Shown here one piece after another: positions 38,470 through 48,964 of a stretch of 64,000 bases of DNA. This stretch comes from Candidatus Omnitrophota bacterium (GTDB lineage: Bacteria > Omnitrophota > Gorgyraeia > Aquiviventales > Aquiviventaceae): positions 33,835 to 97,834 of the forward strand of contig JAHFGV010000002.1 in assembly GCA_023247255.1 (NCBI GenBank), given 5' to 3'. The stretch's first letter is position 1, and every line of letters begins with the position of its first letter. Made by a program: the position numbers and the translations under genes. The notes under the pieces are model-generated. The model made no database searches. It was not told where the DNA came from and saw nothing but the letters and a program-made list of their open reading frames with translations.

Positions 38470-39939
38470 ATGCCGATAGCCGAGAGATTTCGGACAGCCG
38501 GCATAAAACGATCCATTCGAGTAGGGCTCGTGGCTGCTGGTCTGGGGCTGATGATGGGCTTGGCCCTACCACAGATGGCATGGGCGGCTGTGGGAGATGC
38601 CTGTTCTGCGGTGCTTCCTTGTCCAGAATGTCAGACCTGTAGCGCTGCGGTTTGTATCGCAAGTACTGGATCTTTGTGCGCCGGGACCACCGATTGCAAC
38701 GATCTAGACTCCGACTGTAGGAACTATAGCGGTTCGGCCACAAACCGATGCGATGCCGCTGGAACGTGTCAGCCTTACTATGCAGGTTGTACGACTTACA
38801 CGGATGCTCCTTCAGGTACTTTATGTCCTGGCACTACGGATTGTGACTCACTTGACGTCACCTGTCGTAATTACAACGACGTGAGCAATGTCTGCAATGG
38901 ATCGGGCGGTTGCGGAAGCGGCAGTTGCACTAGCTACACGAATAATGATGGGATTCACTGTAACACCAGAAGCTGCGGCTTTTCAAAAGGCGATCATTAT
39001 TATCAGACAGGGGTGAATGGGGCGCTAGTCACAGAGACTGATGTCTGTAACCTGCATGACGTCGAAGACCGACTCAGTTACTGTAGCGGGGGAAGCTGTC
39101 CCAGCCCACCCGCTTGCGATCCGGCTAGTTATACTGATCAGCTTAACTTGTATTCTTGTGGGGCCTGTAAATACATCAAAGATGCTGTCGATTGTATAGG
39201 CTCGACTTATGGATCATGCACCAACTCTCCCAATCATTCGGTGTGTGATAGCAGTTGTACCATTGCAACTGACGCGACGACGGCAACAAAATGTGTGAGT
39301 ACCGGTCCGCCACCGACAAACAGTGGTTGTAGGCTTAAGTGCGACAATGGCAATCCAAAAGAATGCGATACCTCCGGAAACTGCCAAGCATCCTGCCCCC
39401 GTACCAGTAGCGTGAACTTCGATACAGACGCGGACGGCTGGCAGCCGGCTCCCTGCGGGGATTGTAACAATGACAACCTCGTGATACATCCCGGAGTGTC
39501 GAATCGGTTCTGCGATTGCGACTCCTTAACCGGCTATAGCGCTTTGTTTGAGAACGCGTCTACCAACCCAACCGATCCTTGGGCAGGATACCCGGAGACG
39601 ACGAATTGTATAACGGGATCTGATTTTGAATTTAGCTCAACTTGTTTCTGTAACAACGGCAGGGATGATGATTGCGATGGGGCCATCGATGATGCAGACA
39701 GCGATTGCCCCAGCGCAGCGAATGACCTCATCATTGATCCTGGAGCCGGAAACACGGTGACACTGAGTCACGATGCTGCTTTCTGTGGGTTGCATGTTCT
39801 CAGTGGGACGTTACGGATTCTTTCAGGTGTGACATTGACGCTCGATGATGATGATGGGCTACATTCGCATTCTACGGCAGGTGCGGTGGACCTACAAAGT
39901 AACACTGCTGTGATTGATCTTATCGAACGCTGTCCATAG
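38470..39939 (+). CDS. secreted cysteine-rich protein with MopE/myxobacterial-type DxDxDG..DC..HPG..CNG.DDDCDG motif
   Basis: Signal peptide ...PQMAWA|; about 46 Cys by manual count; internal repeat LC.GTTDC..LD..CRNY twice. Confidence 0.75.
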   Translation: MPIAERFRTAGIKRSIRVGLVAAGLGLMMGLALPQMAWAAVGDACSAVLPCPECQTCSAAVCIASTGSLCAGTTDCNDLDSDCRNYSGSATNRCDAAGTCQPYYAGCTTYTDAPSGTLCPGTTDCDSLDVTCRNYNDVSNVCNGSGGCGSGSCTSYTNNDGIHCNTRSCGFSKGDHYYQTGVNGALVTETDVCNLHDVEDRLSYCSGGSCPSPPACDPASYTDQLNLYSCGACKYIKDAVDCIGSTYGSCTNSPNHSVCDSSCTIATDATTATKCVSTGPPPTNSGCRLKCDNGNPKECDTSGNCQASCPRTSSVNFDTDADGWQPAPCGDCNNDNLVIHPGVSNRFCDCDSLTGYSALFENASTNPTDPWAGYPETTNCITGSDFEFSSTCFCNNGRDDDCDGAIDDADSDCPSAANDLIIDPGAGNTVTLSHDAAFCGLHVLSGTLRILSGVTLTLDDDDGLHSHSTAGAVDLQSNTAVIDLIERCP

Positions 39940-40016
39940 ACTCCATGAATTCAACGGACAGCAGATGGCAATTAGCAGATAGCACATAGCAGATAGAAGA
40001 AGGGGACGGCTAGTAA

Positions 40017-41753
40017 ATGAAGCTGGCGTTGGCGAAAATAGCGGCGGGACTGGTCATACGCACCTCTGAGGTGGAGTTGCTTGCGCGGCAGGCAACGCGG
40101 ATCGTCAGCCGTATGCGCGTTCCCATTGAGGCAGATAACCAGCAGAGTTTGGTCCGCGCCATTCAGCAGGCGGTCAGCGTTGCTAGCAACCTGAACACCA
40201 ACCGCTTCGCTGTTTCCATCTTGACCCAGGATATAGTCTTTCGGTTTTTCACGATTCCGGCGATTCCGAAGAATGACTGGGATTCGGCGGTGCAGTTTGA
40301 GGCCCGCAAATACATTCCCTTCAAGATTGATAAATTGGTTTGGGACGCCGTGGTGGTTCCTTCTCGCATGCCGCAACGGCTCGATGTAATTTTCAGCGCC
40401 ATCCCGCGAGAAATCTTTGACGCAATCCAGGTCGCTTTGAAGGAGGCCGGGGTAGTACCGACGGTCATTGAGCCGCGGACGGCGAGTCTGGCCCGATTGG
40501 TGGGACACTCAACCGTACAGGCAACGGCCGGCTCGAAAGCGGCCGGGGTTGCGGCAAACACGGATACGTTTGCGTGTCTGGTCGATATCGACCGGGATAC
40601 GGCACACTTGGCGATCGTGAAGAATCGCTTGCCTTACTTGGCACGGGATATTCATCTGGTGCCCAGCAAGGAGGCGCGTTTGGATAATCTATATCTCTAT
40701 GCGGGGGTTGCCGATCCACCCGTTCAGCCGGTAGTCAATGAGCCAGCGTCAGGCCCTGCGATTGCGACAGGGGAAGGATCGACGGGTGTTCCTTTAAAGC
40801 CTCCGATCGCCCTGGAGGTGCCTCAATCCGTGGATCCCAAGATTCAGAAGCTGCTGAGCGAGTTGCGGGTTTCGATTGATTTCTTCACTCGGGAGCATCC
40901 TTCAGCGACTATTGAAAAGGTGTGGCTCTTTGGGGAGGATTCGGTAATCGGGCAGTGGCAACAGGCGTTGTCTGAACAGCTTCAAGGGACCGTTGACGTT
41001 GGCCGTAGCCTCCTCAATCAACGGTTTGAAGGGGGACTGCCTGTGTCTTTTGCCTCCGCGGCAGGGCTTTTGGAAGACAAAGAAGGACTGTCGATCAATT
41101 TTCTGAAACGCAGCATCGGCAAAAGCTCAGGCAACAACTTAAAAGAGATTCTCGCAGATCGGTTTCAGATCGACTCCAGCCGATTAATCGCCATGCTGGA
41201 CATGCGGCAGTTGGTCGTATGTGCGGCCGTTGCGGTGGCCCTGTTGGTCGGTTTATGGACTTTAGGATATCGACGGGTGAAAGAGGCCAAACAGCGCCTT
41301 CAGGTGGCTATTCAGGAAAGACAGGATGTCGGCTGGGACCTTAAGGGGAAGACCGAAACGGAAATAAAGCCGATTCAGGAGAATGCGAAAGCCCAACTCG
41401 CTTTGCTCAGTCAGGTGATCAATGGGCGGTCCCAATCGGCATTGGTGTTGGATCAACTGGCGCGATCTTTGCCGGATGGCGTGTGGCTGACCAGCCTGAC
41501 GTTTGAAGATCAATCCATAAAATCCGGAAAGGGGCAGTTTACGCTGATCGTCCAGGGTGCCTGTTTTCTGGGTTCCCCTGGCCAGGAGGTCAATGCGATT
41601 CAGGCATTCGAGGATCGCATGAAGCATAGCCCGGTCATTTCTTATATGCGGAACATTCGTGTGGATGCGATTAATGCTCAGGTAAGCCAGAACTATACCT
41701 ACCGGACATTTCAGTTGCAGTATCAATCGGATCGGATGGATCGGAGGCTGTAG
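40017..41753 (+). CDS. PilM-PilN fusion-like type IV pilus alignment protein
   Basis: AVQFEARKYIPF and ELRVSIDFF (PilM), TM segment, then LDQLARSLPDGVWLTSL (PilN). Confidence 0.8.
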   Translation: MKLALAKIAAGLVIRTSEVELLARQATRIVSRMRVPIEADNQQSLVRAIQQAVSVASNLNTNRFAVSILTQDIVFRFFTIPAIPKNDWDSAVQFEARKYIPFKIDKLVWDAVVVPSRMPQRLDVIFSAIPREIFDAIQVALKEAGVVPTVIEPRTASLARLVGHSTVQATAGSKAAGVAANTDTFACLVDIDRDTAHLAIVKNRLPYLARDIHLVPSKEARLDNLYLYAGVADPPVQPVVNEPASGPAIATGEGSTGVPLKPPIALEVPQSVDPKIQKLLSELRVSIDFFTREHPSATIEKVWLFGEDSVIGQWQQALSEQLQGTVDVGRSLLNQRFEGGLPVSFASAAGLLEDKEGLSINFLKRSIGKSSGNNLKEILADRFQIDSSRLIAMLDMRQLVVCAAVAVALLVGLWTLGYRRVKEAKQRLQVAIQERQDVGWDLKGKTETEIKPIQENAKAQLALLSQVINGRSQSALVLDQLARSLPDGVWLTSLTFEDQSIKSGKGQFTLIVQGACFLGSPGQEVNAIQAFEDRMKHSPVISYMRNIRVDAINAQVSQNYTYRTFQLQYQSDRMDRRL

Positions 41754-41759
41754 ACTCTG

Positions 41760-42305
41760 ATGAAAGGTTTCAACCCGACAGCGATCGTTGGAGGAATTGG
41801 AGTTGTCTGCATAGGCATCTTGGGGTATCATACCCTCTATGCGCGCCAATTGCAGCAGGTGCGAACCATTGAAGCACAAGTTGCTCAAGAGCACCGGGAT
41901 CAGCAGGTTCAACAAGAGGTAGCCAAGCTGCTGGAGCAACTGGAGCGCCAGCGAAAACGACTGCCCCCCGAGCCGGATCCTTCATGGCTAGTGCGGGAAG
42001 TGGTTTCCCATGGTCAACAGGCAGGTCTTCAGTTGACGAGCATCACCCAGCAACCTTCCGAACAACAAGCCTCAGCCCTTCGTCTTGCCGTAAATCTCCA
42101 GGTCCAGGCTTCCTACCATCAATTGGGAAGGTTTCTCGACTCTCTGGAGCGCTCCGAGTCTTTTATCAAAGTGGACAAAATCGAATTATCCAATCCCAAC
42201 GATAATGGCGTTGCCGTGGCGCGACTGATGTTGAGCACTATTTACCTTCCTCCGGTTACGCAAGCGTCTGCGCCTACTATAAGGAAAAAGGAAGATCTAG
42301 GGTGA
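41760..42305 (+). CDS. PilO-like protein
   Basis: N-terminal TM, coiled coil, LP, ASYHQLGRFLDSLE. Confidence 0.8.
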   Translation: MKGFNPTAIVGGIGVVCIGILGYHTLYARQLQQVRTIEAQVAQEHRDQQVQQEVAKLLEQLERQRKRLPPEPDPSWLVREVVSHGQQAGLQLTSITQQPSEQQASALRLAVNLQVQASYHQLGRFLDSLERSESFIKVDKIELSNPNDNGVAVARLMLSTIYLPPVTQASAPTIRKKEDLG

Positions 42306-42306
42306 A

Positions 42307-42990
42307 ATGGACACTGTGAAACGCGCCAATTTCGAAAAACGTCTGGTATTAATCCTGGTGATTCTGTTTTCCTTCACATTGCTTGGCGCTCTGAAGAATG
42401 CCGGCATATTGAAGATCCCAGGATTTGTTAAGGCCGCGACGGCTGCGAGTCCCAAGCAAACAACAGCCCCGCTGGCTGCGGCGGATTCTTCTCCATCGGC
42501 ACAGGCAGAGCCGGTCGCGCCGCTTGAAGTTCAAACGTCCGTTACAGAGCCAAAGCGCTCGAGTGCCTCGCAGGCTGTGGCAGGCTATACGGCTCAAGAC
42601 CTGCGCGATCCCCTGAAAGATTTGCTTCCGCAACCTTCTCGAGGTCCTACTCAAACGGTTTCGACCAGCTCTTATGGAGGATCGAACGCTTCATCGACTT
42701 TGAATCCTTCCGTTTCATCTACAAGACCGCTTGCCATTTCTGAGCTGAGCCTGCAAGGCCTGATATGGGGAGGCCCTCAACCTCAGGCGATCATTAACCA
42801 TCAAACCTATAAAGTGGGTGATCGACTACAGAGCGGGCGGATCGTTTCCATAACCCGTCAGGGGGTCGTCATTGAACAAGCCGGGGATAATACTCTGTTG
42901 TCCCCCAGCTCTTCGGATCAGTCTTTTTCTTCGATGTCGGTCACAAACAGCTTGCAGATACCGACGCATCAGCAGGGGGTTCGCCAATGA
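42307..42990 (+). CDS. PilP-like protein
   Basis: TM, low-complexity linker, RDPL, LSLQGLIWG...AIIN...YKVGD. Confidence 0.7.
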   Translation: MDTVKRANFEKRLVLILVILFSFTLLGALKNAGILKIPGFVKAATAASPKQTTAPLAAADSSPSAQAEPVAPLEVQTSVTEPKRSSASQAVAGYTAQDLRDPLKDLLPQPSRGPTQTVSTSSYGGSNASSTLNPSVSSTRPLAISELSLQGLIWGGPQPQAIINHQTYKVGDRLQSGRIVSITRQGVVIEQAGDNTLLSPSSSDQSFSSMSVTNSLQIPTHQQGVRQ

Positions 42991-43167
42991 TGCTAATGAC
43001 GTTTTCATTTACAAAGCCTGTCTCTGTGAGTTTTGGGCTTAACGAATTGTCGATTGCCGATGGATAGGATCTGGACGGTTTTCAATCCACAATCCAAAAT
43101 CGGTAATCGAAGATTCAATGGACCGCTAGCCTTTAGCTGCCAGTCTCATTTATTCTTGAAACAAGCT

Positions 43168-43318
43168 CTAGCAGGCTGCGGGAAAACCCTTCGTAGTTCT
43201 GGGTTGAGGGTTCAGGGTTCGGGGCAAATACACCATGGCTCATCGGTGAGACGGGTTCTGGCCCCCAGCCCAGAGCCCAGGACCCTGAACCGACTGGCGT
43301 TTTTCAGCATCCTGCTAG
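43168..43318. mobile_element. CTAG-flanked MITE with IS5/IS1182-like ends, family F
   Basis: ctagcaggctgc..aaaa / ttttcagcatcctgctag; internal gggttca/ctgaacc heptamers; partial copy at 49040-49147. Confidence 0.7.
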
Positions 43319-45006
43319 TGCGGGGGATCGGCTTCTGTGTCTGGCTTTTATGTATCGCAGGTCTGGGGGCTCAGGAGAGCGTTCATTCTTTGGAGGTCTC
43401 AGAAGCAGCATCGCCATCCGAAGAAGACTCTCTTTCTTTGAATGAACCGGACACGTTAGACCTGGCTTCGTCCTCAGAGGGGGCTTTCTCCTATGAACCC
43501 CTACGGCTTTCGATGGAATTTCAAGACGCTAACCTAAAGGACGTTTTGAAGATTTTTTCTCAGCAAACAGGCATCAACGTGATTACGAGCGCTCAGGTGG
43601 GTGATCAACCGGTCACTATCTACTTGGAAGATGTGGAAGCTATGGATGCGTTGGATCAAATCCTTCTCGCCGCTGGACTGACTTATGAACGGCCTGCTGG
43701 CAGCGAGATCTATATTGTGAAGCCCATCGAGCTACAGGAAACGGGTGTGACGACGATGACGCGGGTCTATCGACTACGATACGCGCGTGTCTCGAGTACT
43801 CCATTGGCTCAGGCGGCCGGCAAGCTCATAGCCGGCGGTAGCCTTGGGGGAGGGGGAAGTGGAGGGGGAGGTGGTGGAGGGGGTAGCGGAAGCTCCGCAG
43901 GTGCGGGCTCTTCCGGAGGAACCGGTGGAGGCGGTAGCACGGGTGGTGGCGGTGGTGGTGGAGCGACAGGTGGTGGAGGAGGTAGTGGCGTCGATACTGT
44001 ATTGACCGGACTTTTGACTTCTCAGGGAAGTATCGTAGTCGATGGCCGCACGAATAGTTTGATCGTGACCGATGTGCCCGAAAACTTTCCCCGTTTGGAG
44101 GCGGCGTTAGCGGCCCTGGATATTCCAACGCAGCAGATTATGATTCACGTGGAGATTATCGAGACTACCTTAGGAAAAGATAAAACCCTGGGTTTTCAAT
44201 GGGGCACAGGCGCCGATGGGGATATGCTCACCCTTACCCCGGGCTCTCGGACCACTCGATTTCCTTTTGGATTGCTTCGGGACGGGATTTCCCCCACAGG
44301 CCCGACGCCTTTTTCAACCAGCACCCTCTCTGCGCAAAGAGCGGCCGGACTCCTTCAGGCTTTGGAAAGCGATTCCGATACCAAGATCCTTGCCAGGCCG
44401 AAGATCTTGACATTGGACAACGAAAGTGCGGTGATTCGCTTGACGACGGATCAAGCGATTGGATTTGCTTCGAGCAGCCAGCAGTCCACAGGCACGACGA
44501 CTTCAGAGCCAGAGCGCCAAACCACCGGAGTCCTATTGACAGTCACCCCGCAAGTGAACGAGAAGAAATACATCACGATGGTGCTGGAGCCCGCGATTAC
44601 CAAAACCGTCGCTTCCCAGATTACCGCACCTTCGGGCCAATCTACCCCGATTGATCCTAAAACGCGCAGTTCCCGGACGGTGGTTCGGGTGCGCGGTGGA
44701 GACACCATTGTGGTCGGCGGCCTCATTGATCAAAGCGATCAAGAGAGTCACAAGCGGGTGCCTGTGGTGTCCGGTATTCCATTCTTAGGCGAAGTGTTTA
44801 AGCATAAAGAAGTCAACAGCTCCATAAGCGAGCTTTTAGTGTTTGTGACTCCCCAACTTCTTGAAGATGCTCAACAGGAGGATCAACACGGGATGTTGGC
44901 TTCCAAAGACCCAAAGGCTAGATTTCCCCAACAACAGGAATCCACACGCTCCAGACACACGTTGATGGAAGAGACGTTGAACGTGTTGGAGCGGCGTGAT
45001 CATTGA
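43318..45006 (+). CDS. secretin (PilQ/GspD family); ORF open from 43033, start uncertain
   Basis: SMEFQDANLKDVL, VDGRTNSLIV, ILARPKILTLDN, GVLLTVTPQV, VPVVSGIPFLG.VF, ELLVFVTP; Gly-rich spacer. Confidence 0.9.
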   Translation: MRGIGFCVWLLCIAGLGAQESVHSLEVSEAASPSEEDSLSLNEPDTLDLASSSEGAFSYEPLRLSMEFQDANLKDVLKIFSQQTGINVITSAQVGDQPVTIYLEDVEAMDALDQILLAAGLTYERPAGSEIYIVKPIELQETGVTTMTRVYRLRYARVSSTPLAQAAGKLIAGGSLGGGGSGGGGGGGGSGSSAGAGSSGGTGGGGSTGGGGGGGATGGGGGSGVDTVLTGLLTSQGSIVVDGRTNSLIVTDVPENFPRLEAALAALDIPTQQIMIHVEIIETTLGKDKTLGFQWGTGADGDMLTLTPGSRTTRFPFGLLRDGISPTGPTPFSTSTLSAQRAAGLLQALESDSDTKILARPKILTLDNESAVIRLTTDQAIGFASSSQQSTGTTTSEPERQTTGVLLTVTPQVNEKKYITMVLEPAITKTVASQITAPSGQSTPIDPKTRSSRTVVRVRGGDTIVVGGLIDQSDQESHKRVPVVSGIPFLGEVFKHKEVNSSISELLVFVTPQLLEDAQQEDQHGMLASKDPKARFPQQQESTRSRHTLMEETLNVLERRDH

Positions 45007-45218
45007 GAGAAGAACTGAAGGTCGTGTTGTGTTTCAAGAGAAGTAATAAGGATTGTGTCATGCTTTATGTGTCATGAGTCATGGAACGACAGCAGACATG
45101 GGAAGTCTTTCATGACACATAAAACATGACTCATGAAACAAACGTGAGTACTGGGTCTTAGAATCATGACTCATGAAACATGACACAAACGTCGTTGTTT
45201 GAAGCTGAGGAAATCAAC

Positions 45219-46946
45219 ATGTCCGTGCTGAAGACGACCCAAAAAATCGGCGATCTTTTGATCAAAGCCGGCGTGCTCTCGAAAGAACAACTGGACAAGG
45301 CTCTTGAGGTTCAGCGCGGAACGACCAAGCGGATCGGTGAAATCTTGGTGGAGTTGGGACTAGCGACAGAGCTTGAGATTGCTTCCGCTTTGAGCAAGCA
45401 GCTTGGAATTCCCTTTGCCTCCGGCGCATCCGGTTTGCTCAACCCGAAGGAAGACGAAGGACTGGAACAACTGGTGCCTGAGGAGTTTGCCCGGACTCAT
45501 TTGATCCTTCCACTATCCAAGACCCTTCATTCGCTTACGATCGCCTGCGTCAATCCATTGGATCTGATCGCCATAGATAACCTGAGCCGGATCTCTCGCT
45601 GCGAGATCAATCCCGTGGTCACTACCAAGGTAGACGTGGAACGGGCCATCGACAAGTTCTACGGCCATGATTCCATGCTCAGAGAAGCGGTCGGCCACTC
45701 GTATGAGCTGGCTCAAGAAGAAGGATTTACGACTGACGGCGATCAGTCTTTGGATCTGGGCCGTTTGAAGGAGGCGGCGGAAGAAGCCCCGGTCATTCGT
45801 CTGGTGGATCTGATTCTTCGCCAGGCGATCAAGGATAGAGCCAGCGATATCCATATCGAACCGTTCAAGGACCGTATCAGCTTGCGCTACCGGGTCGATG
45901 GCGCTTTGTGCGAGGTCACCTCGCCTGCGAAGTCTTTCAACGCGGCGATCGTTTCGCGTATCAAGATTCTCTGTAAGATGGATATCGCGGAAAAGCGATT
46001 GCCTCAAGATGGAGCCTTCATGATGACTATGGAGGGGCGATCCATCGATTTTCGCGTCAATAGCGTCCCGACGATTTATGGCGAGAAAGTCGTCATCCGG
46101 ATTCTCGACAAGTCGCCCGCTTTGTTGGATTTAAGTCGCCTGGGTTTTGACGAGCGTTCCCTTACCGTTTTTAGAGAGGCCATCCACGATCCCTACGGTC
46201 TTATCTTGATCACAGGACCAACCGGATCCGGAAAGTCCACGACGCTCTATGCGGTCCTCAACGAGATTAACGCTCCCTCCAAGAATATTCTCACCATCGA
46301 AGATCCTGTGGAGTACCGACTGTCCGGGGTCAATCAAATTCAGGCCAAGACGGATATCGGCCTAAGTTTTGCGGCAGGGTTGCGCGCGTTCATGCGCCAG
46401 GATCCGGATATCATCATGGTGGGAGAGACCCGGGACAAGGAGACCGCGGAGATTTGCATCCGGGCTTCATTAACCGGACATTTGGTGTTCACCACGTTGC
46501 ATACCAACGATGCCCCCAGCGCGGTTACTCGATTGGTGGATATCGGCATCGCGCCTTATCTGCTTTCCTCGACCCTTCGTCTGGTGGTGGCCCAACGGTT
46601 GCTGCGCAAGCTGTGCGACCATTGCAAGGAAGCGTATGAACCGATCGATCCTCTTCGAAAACAATTCGGGATCATGGAGGAGCTTTTGTACCGTCCTAAA
46701 GGTTGCGATCAGTGCGCGTCCTCCAGCGCCAACAAAGGCTACCGAGGGCGTATCGGCGTTTATGAAGTGATGCCCATCACACGGGAAATTCGTGATGGGA
46801 TCGCCAAAGGTGTCGCACCGCATACGCTCAAAGATCTTTCTGTAGCCTCAGGCATGAGCACCCTGTGGTCCGATGGCCTGCGCAAGGTGCGGCTTGGGAT
46901 CACAAGCCTTGAGGAATTGGAAGGCGTCGTCTTGTTGGAGGCTTAG
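45219..46946 (+). CDS. pilB: type IV pilus assembly ATPase (PilB/GspE family) with N-terminal MshEN-like motif
   Basis: KIGDLLIKAG...RIGEILVELG, ASDIHIEP, EKRLPQDG, GPTGSGKSTT, RQDPDIIMVGE, TLHTNDA. Confidence 0.9.
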   Translation: MSVLKTTQKIGDLLIKAGVLSKEQLDKALEVQRGTTKRIGEILVELGLATELEIASALSKQLGIPFASGASGLLNPKEDEGLEQLVPEEFARTHLILPLSKTLHSLTIACVNPLDLIAIDNLSRISRCEINPVVTTKVDVERAIDKFYGHDSMLREAVGHSYELAQEEGFTTDGDQSLDLGRLKEAAEEAPVIRLVDLILRQAIKDRASDIHIEPFKDRISLRYRVDGALCEVTSPAKSFNAAIVSRIKILCKMDIAEKRLPQDGAFMMTMEGRSIDFRVNSVPTIYGEKVVIRILDKSPALLDLSRLGFDERSLTVFREAIHDPYGLILITGPTGSGKSTTLYAVLNEINAPSKNILTIEDPVEYRLSGVNQIQAKTDIGLSFAAGLRAFMRQDPDIIMVGETRDKETAEICIRASLTGHLVFTTLHTNDAPSAVTRLVDIGIAPYLLSSTLRLVVAQRLLRKLCDHCKEAYEPIDPLRKQFGIMEELLYRPKGCDQCASSSANKGYRGRIGVYEVMPITREIRDGIAKGVAPHTLKDLSVASGMSTLWSDGLRKVRLGITSLEELEGVVLLEA

Positions 46947-46974
46947 CGTGTCATGTTCCAAGAGGTAGAGTAAC

Positions 46975-48207
46975 ATGCCGACTTTTGTCTACAGTGCAAG
47001 AGACCAACGCGGGGTCGTCCAAACCGGCCGTCTGGATGCCGTCAATGAAGATGACGTGATTGCCCAGCTCCAGCATCGAGGCCTTCTCATTACCTCTGTG
47101 GAGCGGAAGGACTCCCAGCAGGGCGTTAAGACCATCCATCGCTCCAGAAAACCCCGCCGCATGCACGCGGGGGTTAAGACCGAGGATCATGTCATATTTT
47201 GCCAGCAGCTTGCAACCATGGTTGAGGCCGGTGTTCCACTCTTGAAGGGTCTTCGGGTCGTATCCTCTCAGGTGGAAAGTCGCAAGATGCTTCTCGTTTT
47301 GGAAGAGGTTCGTCGGGATGTCGAGGCCGGACGCACCTTTCGGGAGGCTTTGGCCAAGCACCCCGCTGTTTTTTCCTCTCTCTGGCTGAATCTCGTTGAA
47401 ACCGGAGAGGCCAGCGGACATCTGGCTCAATCCCTTCAGCAGTTGTCTCGCCATTTTGAGGCTGCCCAGCATCTTCAGAATGAGGCAAAGACCGCCATGA
47501 CCTATCCGGCTTTTCTGATGGTGGCTGCCGTCGGGGTGCTTGCGTTTTTTGTATACTGGCTCATCCCCAAGTTCACCGCCATCTTCGCCTCTATGGATCT
47601 CGATCTGCCTCCCCTCACCCGTGCGGTCATTACTTTCAGTGAAGCTGGCCGTCGGTATTTCGTGTTCATCATCTTGGGAATCGCCGGGTTGGTCTATTTA
47701 ATCCGCCGTTATCTGCGCACAGAAGCAGGGCAATGGATGCGGGACCGCGCCATGCTGCGCCTGCCTTTGTTTAACACCCTTTTTTCCTACATTCACCTTG
47801 CCGAATTTTCCCGCGGTCTTTCCACGCTTTTAGAAAGCGGCGTTCCTCTTCTGTCTGCCTTGACGATTTTGGAGAATAGTGCTACAAACAAAGTTTATGG
47901 CGCAGCAGTCACTCGCGTGAAGCAAGCGGTTCAGGAAGGCCAGACCATGGCCGATCCCATGGCTCAAGAAGACATCTTCCCGCCTATGGCCGTTCAGATG
48001 GTGCAGGTCGGCGAAGAGGTGGGTGAGCTTTCCAAGATGGCGGATCGCATTGCCAAGTATTACGAAGGCCGGGTGGAGATTTTCATCGGCCGGATGACGC
48101 GGCTCTTTGAGCCTATCGCGATTGTGGTCATGGGCGCGATGGTCATGGTCATCGTCCTTTCGATCTTCATGCCCATCTTCAAGATGGCAGGCTCCTTTAA
48201 AGGATAA
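46975..48207 (+). CDS. pilC: type IV pilus platform protein (PilC/GspF family)
   Basis: MPTFVYSARD, QLATMVEAGVPLL, GEASGHL, AMTYP, VGEEVGEL, EP. Confidence 0.92.
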   Translation: MPTFVYSARDQRGVVQTGRLDAVNEDDVIAQLQHRGLLITSVERKDSQQGVKTIHRSRKPRRMHAGVKTEDHVIFCQQLATMVEAGVPLLKGLRVVSSQVESRKMLLVLEEVRRDVEAGRTFREALAKHPAVFSSLWLNLVETGEASGHLAQSLQQLSRHFEAAQHLQNEAKTAMTYPAFLMVAAVGVLAFFVYWLIPKFTAIFASMDLDLPPLTRAVITFSEAGRRYFVFIILGIAGLVYLIRRYLRTEAGQWMRDRAMLRLPLFNTLFSYIHLAEFSRGLSTLLESGVPLLSALTILENSATNKVYGAAVTRVKQAVQEGQTMADPMAQEDIFPPMAVQMVQVGEEVGELSKMADRIAKYYEGRVEIFIGRMTRLFEPIAIVVMGAMVMVIVLSIFMPIFKMAGSFKG

Positions 48208-48505
48208 AATCTGAGGAATTTTCGATTGTCGATTTGCGATTGTCGATTGGAAAAAAGTTTTTGGCTGTGAATCGAGAATCCGGAATTGGCAATCGACGAT
48301 TCATCAGTAAGTTATGACAACAGAAAGGAGGGAGAACACACATCAGAGATAGAATGTGGTATTTTCGATTGTCGATGGGTTAGGATAGAAAGGTTTTTCA
48401 ATCGAAGATCTAAAATCGACAATAACTAAGTAGTGGTTTATTGTTCGGCTCATTGTTGAGGATGGCTTCTTAGACATGACAATAGGAAGAACCTAGGAGG
48501 AAACA

Positions 48506-48964
48506 ATGAAGAGAAAAAGCGGGTTTACGTTGCTTGAGTTGTTGATGGTCGTCATCATCATTGCAATCTTGGCTTCCATCGCTTTGCCTCAGTTCATGCG
48601 TGCGTCCGAGCGCGCCCGTGCCACCGAGGCGATTCAACTACTCGGCCAGATCCGCACGGCGGAAAATCGATACAAGTCCCAGAATGATCTAAACAACTAC
48701 TCCGATGTCGTGGGTGATCTGGACTTTGATCTGCCGACATCAACTCGGTTCTGGAATTGGACGGGTGCTGCAGTAGGTGTAGCTCCTGCATTCAATGTCA
48801 ATGAGACGAATGCAGCGGCTGGAACCCCAGCAACAGGCATGGCAGAAGCAGCTAGAAGTTCAGGGCAGTATATAGGAGAAATCGTTGGCATCCAATTTGG
48901 GACGGGGACCATTTGTGGTAACTTTACTCCCATGATGCCGCTAGTGGCTTGTGTGGAGGACTGA
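48506..48964 (+). CDS. type IV pilin paralog 1
   Basis: RBS aggagg; KSG|FTLLELLMVVIIIAILASIALPQF. Confidence 0.92.
   Translation: MKRKSGFTLLELLMVVIIIAILASIALPQFMRASERARATEAIQLLGQIRTAENRYKSQNDLNNYSDVVGDLDFDLPTSTRFWNWTGAAVGVAPAFNVNETNAAAGTPATGMAEAARSSGQYIGEIVGIQFGTGTICGNFTPMMPLVACVED

Noticed and set aside
43831-43990. Gly/Ser-rich GGN repeat as a separate repeat element
   Set aside because: It is an in-frame low-complexity spacer in the secretin N-domain, a known feature of some secretins.
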